In this document: positions 49,581-61,533 of the stretch, in pieces | How the letters are laid out: every line of letters begins with the position of its first letter | Numbering within the stretch: position 1 is the stretch's first letter | Program-made: the position numbers and the translations under genes | The notes under the pieces: generated by a model | Databases searched by the model: none | What the model was told of the DNA's origin: nothing | The model's input: only the letters and a program-made list of their open reading frames with translations | Source of the DNA: Octopus sinensis | Lineage: Eukaryota | Assembly (NCBI RefSeq): GCF_006345805.1 | Contig: NC_043023.1 | Coordinates: forward strand, 14,632,001-14,696,000 | Direction of reading: 5' to 3' | Length of the DNA: 64,000 nt

Positions 49581-50137
49581 GATACAGTTATGTTTGCACC
49601 AAGTCCATCCTTTCAACATCGAAATAACTATGAGTTTAGAAATGCTGACCACTAGGTAATGATAATTTAGATTAATTCGATTGGCTATTGGTTTGAAATT
49701 TAAATCACAAAAGAAATTATACGGTTGGTTAGTCAAGGAACTCAATATTCACACGCGCATCTACAGATCAATCGCACATACACACATAGTTATATGTATA
49801 CACATACACTTATAATACCATACTAATCACAAGCAACAACTAGCACATAGATAACAAAAAGGGAAGCAACTATGCTACCATTTAGTCCTTCAAAATATAA
49901 CTATGCCTCAATAACGAAAATGAACCACTCATGCATTTCATAAAATATTTAATTAAGATAGAAATATATTTTTAAATATGAGTGGTTCATTTTCGTTATT
50001 TGAGGCATAGTTATAATTTTATAAACCAATAGCCAATCGAATTATCTAAAATTATCATTACCTAGTGGTCAGCATTTCTAAACTCATAGTTATTTCGATG
50101 TTGAAAGGATGGACTTGTGTGCAAATAACTGTATCTA

Positions 50138-50177
<40 letters not shown>

Positions 50178-50965
50178 TAATAGTAATTTTTATTAACTTT
50201 TATAGCTTTATAATTTTATGAACTGAACCATGGTTTTAATTATTATTTTTCATCTCCCTATGTGTTAGTTTTTTTAAAAAACTATTAGCCAAATATGTAT
50301 AATATCGTGCTTATTAATATTATATATACACTGATATATATTTTGTTTTATTTTGTTCTGTTTACCTTCCATTATTGTACAATGAGTATTATATTATATA
50401 AGTGTAGCATTATGATGTATAAGTTTTTATATTTTACATTTTATATTTTATATTTATATATATATGGTTAAATAATATTTTTCACAATTATAACAAATTT
50501 AATTTATTCTCTGAAGAGGCCGTGGGGCATCCTTGTTAATGCCTCATTTATACCTGCCTTTATGGCTTATAGGTTAAATGAGGTATGACTGCCCTCACTG
50601 CCGAAACAGCTGTCAGATTTGATTTAATTACATATTATATTTGAAATTTTTACTTATATCTCTTTGTCTATTTACTCTTACTGTATATTTTGTATAATGC
50701 TTTACTGATATGTAATGGTGTTAGTTGATTGGGTATCATCTGATAGTTGATGTTTTATTGATTTAAGTATGTTTCTCCATTCTCTAATTTTGTAGTATTA
50801 ATTTACGGTAATATTATTACCTTTACCCATATAATACAATAGATGAACTGATTGTTTGACAATTTTTAACATCTATGTATTAGTCCTGTTGGGTACCTAT
50901 CTGGCAGTATATGGGATATATATTATCCCATGGTGGGTTGAATTTTCAACCCCTATCTCATTTAT
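48892..50965. mobile_element. ~1.9-kb inverted-repeat element (arms 48892-49694 / 50023-50794) plus one-sided tail, Penelope-like architecture, two hammerheads
   Basis: ~800-bp arms; + hammerhead 50506-50620 (CUGAAGA 50511, GAAAC-AGCU-GUC, cut after 50614); mirror on - strand 49069-49183; inner hairpin 49896-50015. Confidence 0.8.
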
Positions 50966-50982
50966 AACCTATATATATACTA

Positions 50983-51024
<42 letters not shown>

Positions 51025-51078
51025 TATAACATCTATATATATATACATACATATATATATATATACATACATATATAT

Positions 51079-51519
51079 ATCTACACGCGGGTGGAAGGGG
51101 CTGGTGACACAATCTTTTCATTCACATTGAATTTGGTGATACTAGTTGCGGATTCTAGCCCGCTCTGATACTGAGTTGAGTTGGTGCCTTCTAGTATCTC
51201 AAAATTCAATATATAATCATTTATGATTATAGTATTCTACGCTGAAGAAAAAGAAGTTTTGGTAAGGTAGAATTATTTAATATTTAATTCTTATGCTTTC
51301 CTAAAAACTTGATTTCGAAACGTGCGTCCGTAGATAACTTAAAATTGTATGATAGATTGCCGTCAATTCATTCTCTCTTACCTGTGGTGTCTGCCTTCCA
51401 ATTGCTGTTTTTACTGAGATCTCCCTTTTTAGTAGAAGAAATAGCTATAACTCTTTGCTGCTATTTCTAAATTCGGTATGTGGTAAGGCAATTCGTTGCT
51501 AAACCCTTTATTGCTTAGT

Positions 51520-51609
<90 letters not shown>

Positions 51610-52112
51610 TATATTAACATATATATATATATACATACAATATATATATACATACATATATATTATCTACAACGCGGGTGGAAGGGGCTGGTGACACAAT
51701 CTTTTCATTCACACATTGAATTTGGTGATACTAGTTGCGGATTCTAGCCCGCTCTGATACTGAGTTGGTTGGGCCTTCTAGTATCTCAAAATTCATAATA
51801 ATCATTTATGATTATAGTATTCTACGCTGAAGAGAAAAGAAAGTTTGGTAAGGTAAGGAGAATTATTTAATATTTAATTCTTATGCTTTCCTAAAAACTT
51901 GATTTCGAAACGTGTGCGTCCGTAGATAACTTAAAATTGTATGATAGATTGCCGTCAATTCATTCTCTCTTACCTGTTTGTGTTGCCTTCCAATTGCTGT
52001 TTTTACTGAGATCTCCCTTTTTAGTAGAAGAAATAGCTATAACTCTTTGACTGCTATTTCTAAATTCGGTATGTGGTAAGGCAATCGTTGCTAAACCCTT
52101 TATTGCTTAGTA
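51079..52112 (+). mobile_element. Two tandem ~445-bp units, each with a type-I hammerhead, separated by (TA)n
   Basis: UCUACG-CUGAAGA-(G)AAA..UUUC-GAAAC-GU(GU)GC-GUC-CGUAGA at 51236-51334 and 51821-51926; 6-bp perfect helix I. Confidence 0.8.
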
Positions 52113-52119
52113 TACATAC

Positions 52120-52158
<39 letters not shown>

Positions 52159-52819
52159 CAATATATATATATATTATATGTAATATATATATATTATATT
52201 AACCACTCTGCTTTGAATTTATCCTGCTTTATCTTAAAGCTTTGAGATTTCACAACGATGTAATTGTTCATGTTAGAATGACATTGCTGGGTAGGTGTAA
52301 GAGGCAGGATCTGGAATTGCAAAGATGATGTGGTTCTTGACTGAGGATAGAAAGCTTCGAATGACCCGGACTTGTTTTTTGTATCATCTATCTGGATGTT
52401 TTGTTGTCCCTTTTTGTATCACCTAGTTGTCCAGATGTTTTGCGTTCTTGTCCCATTTTATATTTTATATATATATATAATATATATGTGTGTGTGTGTG
52501 TATGTGTATCTATATCTATATATATGATTGATTGATTGATTCTAGTTTCAGCTTATGAGCTGTGGCCATGCTGGGGCACCACCATTTATATATATAATAT
52601 ATATATAATAGATAGATAGATACACATATATACGACGGGCTTCTTTCAGTTTCTGTCTACCAAATCCACTCACAAGGCTTTGGTCAGCCCAAGGCTATAG
52701 TAGACGACAGTTGCCCAAGGTCCATGAAGTGGGAATGAGCCCAGAACCATGTGGTTGGTAAGCAAGCTACTTACCACACAGCCACTCCTGCGCCTATCTC
52801 CTGCCACTCCTGCGCCTAT

Positions 52820-55800
52820 TTTGAGCTGTTGATGATGTGATTATTTTTAGAATGACATTGTAGGGTTGGTGTAAGAGGCTGGATCTGGTCGGTTCAAACA
52901 TAAGCAGAATATTTAGGTCAGATATTACCAAGTTAACTCTCAAGTATTTAGATTACTCTGTCGAATACAATTCTTATTTATTCACATTAATTAAGATTAA
53001 TTATAAATTATCTCGTAGCTTTGAGATTTCAATGATGTGATTGTTTATGTTAGAATAACATTGTAGGGTAGGTGTGAGAAGCCAGATCCAACCAGTTTGA
53101 ACATAAAACAGGTGTAATATTTGGATCAATATAGTTGGTTTAACTCTAAAATTTAGATTACTCGTCAAATAATTATTATTCACATTTTTTTAATTAATCA
53201 TACATTATTTCATCTTTGAGATTTCAGTGATTTGATTGTTTTAGTTAGAATGACATGTAGGGTAGGTGTGAGAAGCCAGATCCAACCAGTTTGAACATAA
53301 AACAGGTGTAATATTTGGATCAATATAGTTGGTTTAACTCTAAAATTTAGATTACTCTGTCAAATGTAATTATTTATTCACATTTTTTTAATTAATCATA
53401 CATTATTTCATATCTTTGAGATTTCAGTGATTTGATTGTTTTATGTTAGAATGACATTGTAGGGTAGGTGTGAGAAGCCAGATCCAACCAGTTTGAACAT
53501 AAAACAGGTGTAATATTTGGATCAATATAGTTGGTTTAACTCTAAAATTTAGATTACTCTGTCAAATGTAATTATTTATTCACATTTTTTTAATTAATCA
53601 TACATTATTTCATATCTTTGAGATTTCAGTGATTTGATTGTTTTATGTTAGAATGACATTGTAGGGTAGGTGTGAGAAGCTGGATCTGACTCATTACTAG
53701 TTTGAACATAAAACAAGTAGAATATCTTATCATGGTAAAACTGATTTGACCCTTTAGCATATAAATTACCCAATCAAAGGCAATGCTTATTTATTCGCAC
53801 TGCTTTGAATTAATCATGGATTATCTCATAGCTTTGAGATTTCAAAGATGTGAGGGGGGGGGGGCGGGTCTGGCTGGTTTAAACAGAAAACAGGTAGAAT
53901 ATTTGAGCTGGGTCTGGCCAGTTTGACCCCTTAGCATTCAGATTATCCTATCAAATGCAATATTTATTTATTCCCATTGTTCTAAATTAATCATGGATTA
54001 TCTCACAGCATTGAGATTTTGATGATGTGATTGTTTGTTTTTAGAACGACATTGTAGGATAGGTGTGAAAGGCCAGATCTGGTTAGTTTGAGCAAAAAAA
54101 ATATAGAATATTTACGCTGGACATGGCCAGTTTAACCATTTAGCATTCAGATTACTCTGTTAAATGTAAAGCTTTTTTTATTCACATAGGCACAGGAGTG
54201 GCTGTGTGGTAAGTATCTTGCTAACCAACCACATGGTTCCGGGTTCAGTCCCACTGCGTGGCACCTTGGGCAAGTGTCTTCTGCTATAGCCCCGGGCTGA
54301 CCAATGCCTTGTGAGTGGATTTGGTAGACGGAAACTGAACGAAGCCTGTCGTATGTATGTATATATATGTATGTGTGTGTGTGTATGTTTGTGTGTCTGT
54401 GTTTGTCCCCCCAACATTGCTTGACAACCGATGCTGGTGTGTTTACGTCCCCGTCACTTAGCAGTTCGGCAAAAGAGACCGATAGAATAAGTACTGGGCT
54501 CACAAAAGAATAAGTTCCGCGGTTGAGTTGCTCGATTAAAGGCGGTGCTCCAGCATGGCCGCAGTCAAATGACTGAAACAAGTAAAAGAGTAAAAGAGTA
54601 TTGTTTTGAATTAGTCATAAGTTATCTCACAGCTTTGAGATTTTAATGATGTGATTGTTTATTTTTAGAATGACATTGTAGGGCAGCAGTGAGAGGCCAG
54701 ATATGGCCAGTTTCAGCACAAAACAGGTAGAATATTGAGCCAAACATGGCCAGTTTAACCTTTTAACATTCAGACTATTCTGTCAAAAGTAATGCTTATG
54801 TAACCACTTTGCTTTGAATTTATCCTGCTTTATCTTAAAGCTTTGAGATTTCAACGATGTAATTGTTCATGTTAGAATGACATTGCTGGGTAGGTGTAAG
54901 AGGCAGGATCTGGATGGTTTGAACATAAAATTCAGATATGGCTGGTTTAACACTTTAACATTCAGATTACTTGGTCAAATGTAATGCTTATTTATTCACA
55001 TTGTTCTAAATTAATCATGGATTATCTCATAGCTTTGAGATTTCAAAGATGTGAGATGCCAGATATGGCCAGTTTAAACAGGAAACATAGAAGAGAATAT
55101 TTGAGCTGAATATGGCCAGTTTAACCCTCAAGCATTAAGATTACCCGATCAAATGTAATTTTTATTTATTCACATTGTTCTAAATTAATCATGGATTATC
55201 TCATAGACCTGAGATTTCAAAGACGTGAGATGCCAGATATGGCCAGTTTAACAGGAAAATAAGAAGAGAATATTTGAGAGAATATGGCCAGTTAACCCTT
55301 CAAGCATTAAGATTACCGATCAAATGTAATTTTTATTTATTCACATTGTTCTAAATAATCATGGATTATCTCATAGACCTGAGATTTCAAAGACGTGAGA
55401 TGCCAGATATGGCCAGTTTAAACAGGAAACATAGAAGAGAATATTTGAGCTGGATATGGCCAGTTTGACCCTCAAGCATTAAGATGACCCGATCAAATAC
55501 AATATTTATTTATTCACATTGTTATAAATTAATCATGGATTATCTCATAGACTTGAGATTTCAAAGACGTGAGAGGCCAGATATGGCCAGTTTAAACAGG
55601 AAACATAGAAGAGAATATTTGAGCTGAATATGGCCAGTTTAACCCTCAAGCATTAAGATTACCCGATCAAATGTAATTTTTATTTATTCAAATTGTTCTA
55701 AATTAATCATGGATTATCTCATAGACCTGAGATTTCAAAGATACGAGAGGATAGATCTAGCTGGCTTTAAACATAAAACAGGTTGAATATTTGAGCTGGG

Positions 55801-56570
55801 TCTCACCAGTTTGACCCCTTAAGCATTAAGATTACCCGATCAAATGCAATATTTATATCCCATTGTTCAAATTAATCATGGATTATCTCATAGACTTGAG
55901 ATTTCAAAGATGTGAGAGGCCAGATATGGCCGGTTTAAACAGGAAGCATAGAAGAGAATATTTGAGCTGGATATGGTCAGCTTAACCTTCAAGCATTAAG
56001 ATTACCCGATCAAATGTAATGTTTATGTATTCACATTGTTCTAAATTAATCATGGATTATCTCATAGACCTGAGACTTCAAAGATGTGAGAGGCCAGATA
56101 TGGCCAGTTTAAACAGAAAACAGGCAGAATATTTGAGCTGGGTCTGGCCAGTTTGACCTTTTAATATTCAGGTTACACTATCAAATGTAATATTTATTTA
56201 TTCACAATGTTCTAAATTAATCATGGATTATCTCACAGCTTTGAGATTTCGATGATGTGATTGTTTATTTTTTAGAATGACACTGTAGGGGAGAGTGGTG
56301 AGATATCAGATTTGTCCGGTTTGGACATAAACACAGGTAGAATATTTGAGCCGGAGATGACCAGTTGAACTCTTTACCATTCAGATTACTCTGTCAAATG
56401 TAATGCTCTTTTTATTCACAATTTTGAATTAACGATGGATTATCTCATAGCTTTTTGAAATAAATTGGTTATTTTTTGAATGACATTGCTGGGTCGGTGC
56501 AAGAAGTTGGAGCTGGCTGGTTTGAACATTAAGCAGGCAAAATATCTGAGCTGGTTTCAATGCTAAAGGG
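52820..56570 (+). repeat. Satellite of about 17 units (170-200 bp) derived from piggyBac MITE family 2
   Basis: Units join as ...gatatggccagt-TTAA-ccct...; the only right terminus tgctaaaggg is at 56561-56570; interrupted by a SINE at 54188-54600; unit count is a visual estimate. Confidence 0.88.
54188..54600 (+). mobile_element. Full-length tRNA-derived CORE-like SINE (family A)
   Basis: aggc.caggagtggctgtgtggtaag head, gggttcagtccc B box, ccttgggcaagtgtcttc core, (AAAAGAGT)n tail; other copies at about 11340, 21925, 35660(-), 41268, 43690(-), 44335(-), 46085, 52540(-), 63650. Confidence 0.85.
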
Positions 56571-56588
56571 TTTAGGAAAAACATGTTA

Positions 56589-59028
56589 CTAAACTAGGGT
56601 TGCATATTTCTTGAGAGACGGGGCAGGGGCTTTCATATTTTGAGAATGCTGTCTTCTTGTTTTCTGTCGGGTCCTTAGTGGTTTCTGCACTGGGTCCCCT
56701 TTCCCAGCCAGTGAAGCAATCCCGCAAAATGCCTGTATTGTTTCCATTACAGACGTATTTGTTTTCAAAGAGCCCTTGGAGCTATTTGGGCATACAGTGG
56801 CCCCGAGAGCTGACAGGAGTGATGAATCCCTACCCATAGTCAAGCTTATCGATGGCTTAGTGGTGTATTGATTGCCTGAGAGTGGTCTTAAGGGTACATC
56901 TGGTTTACTCTTTTGCCGGGCCCTTGCTTGTGAAGATGTTCCCCATTGCAGGACCACACTTCTCTTCAAGTACGTGTCTTGCCATGAATATGCGCTGTGC
57001 TGTTGTTCACTCCTTTGCCGGTTCACACTTCGTTGTGGACAAGTTTCTCTCTTAGGGTGCACATTGTGCTGCATATCAGCCTCTGCATCAGGCTGCACAC
57101 CATCAGTTGCTTGCTGCGTCTCGGTACACTGCTGCACACATGCATCTTGTTCGTTTGGAGAATCTTGCTGCTGGTCGGCCTCCGGTTGATTTCCATTTTC
57201 TGGCTGACATGCACCTACCTCTGCTTCTGCACCAAACTGCGCATCTGCATCTCCTTGTGTACATGCCTTTTGCTGCAGATCTGAGTCAGGTGTTGAACTT
57301 GAAGCTCTCTGAGCCGAATTTAATCCCTTCTGCAGTCCTGCTGCACCTTGTGGAAGATGAGGGTTCTGTTGCATATGCAAGTTTTCCATTAGCTGCACAA
57401 TTGACAGCTTTTGTGAATCGTGATTTGGGCTTGTATCCTGCGACTGATGTGCATCTTGTACTTGCAGATGCTTCTTAACAGACTCGGTACTAGACTGCAA
57501 GTTACTAGAGCAGCTGGATGCGCAGCTGCACTTCCCATCCTTGCACCGCGACGACGACTTGCTGCAGTTCTCCTCCATTTCAGTGCCGCTCGCTTCCCAT
57601 GGCAACCCACTGTTTCTCGTGCCGGACTTCCCCTCTTTACCGGCCTCTCCCGCCAGCTTCTGACTCAAATTGGTCCCCTGGCGGGAATTGGCGGCCTGCA
57701 GTTTTGTTCTGGTCGGTTGGCGATTCAGTGCTTGCATCTCGCTCTCCTTTGTTTCACGTTGCAGCTGAGCGATCTTCATCAGTCTTCCCAATAAACTGCT
57801 TCGCTTGGTAATCATCTGCTCTATCTTGCTTACCCGAGAGAACCGCCCTCGTAGGGCCTCCACACTCTCTCCTTCCTCTGAACATCTGTCCGGAGTGCTT
57901 TCCCGCCGAGGAGATTTCTTCAACGCAAGAGGCTCCTCCCATACTCTGTAATAAGGCTTCACCCATTGCTTACTTTGAGGCTCCGCCCATGGTCGCTGAT
58001 CATAGAACTCCGCCCATTTGATGGGGACTTCTTCTGTAAGCTGATCCCCAGTCTCTTCCAGCTGAAGGGCCTTCTCTACTGGGTGGGATTCCTCGCGCTG
58101 ACTCTCTATCCACTCCTGTCGTTTGTAGTCAGCGTCCTTGTACTGAGAGGGATGACACTCCGCCCACTCCCGGTGAAACTCCGCCCATTCAGTGCGAGCC
58201 TCCTCCCATTGCAGTGCCTTCTCTAACTGCACCTCTTTTCGTTCCTCTGCTTCCAGCTCCTTCCACTTGCAAACAGGGAATCCACCCCCTTGAAAAGATA
58301 AAGGATCTTTAAACGGGTACCCAGGGATGTCCATCGAGGTGGTTTTGAAAGCAAATGCGTCAACGTCACGGTCAATCTCGTCGTCTATAGGATTTGAGTG
58401 AAACATGAATTTCTCCACGACTTTCCGCCACTGGTTATGGATGTTGTTGTTATTGCTGTTGTTGTTGTTGTTCAGCTTCTTCCTCCTCATTTTCTTCTTC
58501 TCTTTGATTCTCTCCCTCTCTTTCTCCTTCTTCTCTCTCTCCCCCTCCTTCTCCTTCTCCTTCTCCTTCTCTTTCACTTTGTCCTTGTCCGTCCATCTCG
58601 AACACGGTCTGTCCTTCCCGTCCGTCGACCGGGTCCCGCCGTTTGACAGCCCGGCGAGTTTCAGCAGCTGCGCAGAATCCGCCGTCGGAGTCAGGTTGAT
58701 GTTGACGTTGACGTTGATGTTCACGTTACGTTTGGTGCTGGCGGAGCGCGCCGCGCCGACGTCTCTCGCTCGGGTCACCGTCTTCGTCCTGGGGGACAGA
58801 CGACATGAACAAGTGCTGACAAACAGGGGAGACACGGATGACCTTGTGACCCGGGGAACCCTTTTTGGCGCAGCCAGTCTCGAATGGTGATGGTGGTGGT
58901 GGTGGTGATGGTGGTGGTGGTGGTGATGGTGGTGGTGATGCTGCTGCTGCCGCTGCTGCTGCTGCTGTTGTTGTCGTTTTTGTTCTTGATCCCAATATTG
59001 CTGTTGTGCTTGCGGGAAATAGCCAGAC
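56589..59028 (-). CDS. Large terminal coding exon of an unidentified low-complexity protein (poly-Q, 19xHis, KE-rich, poly-N, W-rich repeat)
   Basis: 842-codon open frame in GC-richer, non-repeat sequence; on the minus strand a long pyrimidine tract ends ctcctccaacacag|GTCTGG at 59029/59028 (phase 2); TAG at 56589-56591; no family recognised. Confidence 0.75.
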
Positions 59029-59119
59029 CTGTGTTGGAGGAGACAAGAAAAGAGACGGAGAGAGGTTAGGGAGGAGAGACTGGAAGAGAGAGAGAGAGAG
59101 AAAGAGAGAAAATACATGA

Positions 59120-59158
<39 letters not shown>

Positions 59159-59740
59159 TGTCACTCCATCCTCCCCTTCATCATCATCATCACTACCATC
59201 GCTTTCATCATCTTACAATCATTTTCCTCCTCATCCTCCTCGTCACCATCTTCATCCTCATCACCATCATCATCATTACAATCCGCTTCCTCCTCTTCCT
59301 CATACTCCTCATCATCATCATCATTACAATCCTTTTCCTCTTCATCCTCATCATCACCATCATCATCATTACAATCCGCTTCCTCCTCTTCGCATCGTCA
59401 TCTTCCTCCTCATCACCATCACCATCATCATCATTAAAATCTCCTTCCTCCCTCTCCTCCTCATCACCATCATCATCATTACAATTCGCTTCCTCCTCCT
59501 CATCATCACCATCATCACCACCACAACCATCATCATCATCACTACCATCGACATTACCATCTTTCACTTGTTTCATTCATTACACAGGAATACAGAATGG
59601 TGATGCACTACCACCCTGGGCCCTTTCACAAGAATTCTTGGAGTTCTTTGCTAATCTAAAATATATTGTTAGTACCTGGTGTGCTAACAGAGAGCTTATG
59701 AAGTATTCTCCCTAGATTGGTATTGTGTTGGTGCCTCATA

Positions 59741-60620
59741 AAAAGCATCCAGTCCACATTGTAAAGGGGTCGGCATTTGGAAGGGCATCCAGCTGTAAAA
59801 TCTTTCCAAAACTGACCTCACCTGTGCTGGTATCATGTAAAAAGCGTCCAGTTCACACTGTGAAGTGGTTGGCATTTGGAAGGGCATCCAGCTGTTAAAA
59901 TCTTGCCAAAAATGACCTCACCTGTACTGGTGTCATGTAAAAAGCATCCAGTCCACACTGTGAGGTGGTTGGCATTTGGAAGGGCATCCAGCTGTTAAAA
60001 TCTTGCCAAAAATGACCTCACCTGTGCTGGTGTCATGTAAAAAGCATCCAGTCCACACTGTGAGGTGGTTGGCATTTGGAAGGGCATCCAGCTGTTAAAA
60101 TCTTGCCAAAAATGACCTCACCTGTGCTGGTGTCATGTAAAAAGCATCCAGTCCACATTGTGAGGTGGTTGGCATTTGGAAGGGCATCCAGCTGTAAAAT
60201 ATTTCCAAAACTGACCTCACCTGTGCTGGTATCATGTAAAAAGCATCCAGTCCACACTGTGAGGTGGTTGGCATTTGGAAGGGCATCCAGCTGTTAAAAT
60301 CTTGCCAAAAATGACCTCACCTGTGCTGGTGTCATGTAAAAAGTATCCAGTCCACACTGTGAGGTGGTTGGCATTTGGAAGGGCATCCAGCTGTAAAATA
60401 TTTCCAAAACTGACCTCACCTGTGCTGGTATCATGTAAAAAGCATCCAGTCCACACTGTGAAGTGGTTGGCATTTGGAAGGGCATCCAGCTGTAAAAAAC
60501 TTGCCAAAACTGACCTCACCTGTACTGGTGTCATGTAAAAAGCATCCAGTCCACACTGTGAAGTGGTTGGCATTTGGAAAGGCATTCAACTGTAAAAACC
60601 ATGCCAAAACTGACCTCGCT
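59741..60620. repeat. ~100-bp minisatellite (about 9 units) from the SINE-C core, with a 199-bp higher-order period
   Basis: aaaagcatccagtccacactgtgaggtggttggcatttggaagggcatccagctgt...; ORF starts recur at 60033, 60232, 60431. Confidence 0.9.
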
Positions 60621-60688
60621 GTAAAAACCAACTGTAAAAACCATGCCAGAACTGACCTCTCCTATAAAAGCACTCAGCTGACTCTTCT

Positions 60689-60961
60689 GGAAAGCTTTTC
60701 CATATTTTTAAAGTTCCAGTAATGGATTGGATCTGTAATCTTCGAATTAGCTTTCTCCTTTCTGGGTTTGAGAAGCCTAGTTTCTCAAGATTGTTATGTA
60801 TATATTTATACACACACATACACACACACATATATATACATATATATATAGATACAGACATGTATACATACATAGACATACATATATATATATATGTATA
60901 TACACATATATATATATATATATTATATATATATATAATATATATATATATACATACATAT

Positions 60962-61002
<41 letters not shown>

Positions 61003-61043
61003 CAGCAAGATAGACAGTAAGAGATAGATAGATAGATAGATAT

Positions 61044-61108
<65 letters not shown>

Positions 61109-61184
61109 TAGATAGATAGAGATAGATAGATAGATAGATAGATAGATGATAGATAGATAGATAGATAGATAGATGATAGATAGG

Positions 61185-61235
<51 letters not shown>

Positions 61236-61244
61236 ATAAATAGA

Positions 61245-61277
<33 letters not shown>

Positions 61278-61487
61278 ATACATACATACATACATACATA
61301 TATAGATATACATACTTATCCCAGGGCCCAAATAATGACAGGTCTAAACCTGAACTTGTAATCTGGATAGAGTAACTACAGATTTCTCAAAAGTTCACCG
61401 TAAATATTTTCTTTTTCACTAATCCTTAATCCTTAGCTTTATGTTAACATCTGCTGGGCAACTCATTACCACAGTTTCTCTTGGTTG
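60689..61487 (-). mobile_element. RLE-type non-LTR retrotransposon C-terminal fragment (R4/Dong-like) split by a microsatellite block
   Basis: VVMSCPADVNIKLRI / SEKENIYGELLRNL*LLYPDYKFRFRPVIIWALG*V / HNNLEKLGFSNPERRKLIRRLQIQSITGTLKI, resembling the restriction-like endonuclease C-terminus. Confidence 0.6.
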
Positions 61488-61499
61488 TATATATGTATG

Positions 61500-61533
<34 letters not shown>

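Noticed and set aside
59029-59117. ATG at 59117 as the start of the 842-aa ORF
   Set aside because: The first ~29 codons (FLSFSLSLSSSL...) are the translated polypyrimidine tract before a good acceptor at 59029; more likely an internal or terminal exon
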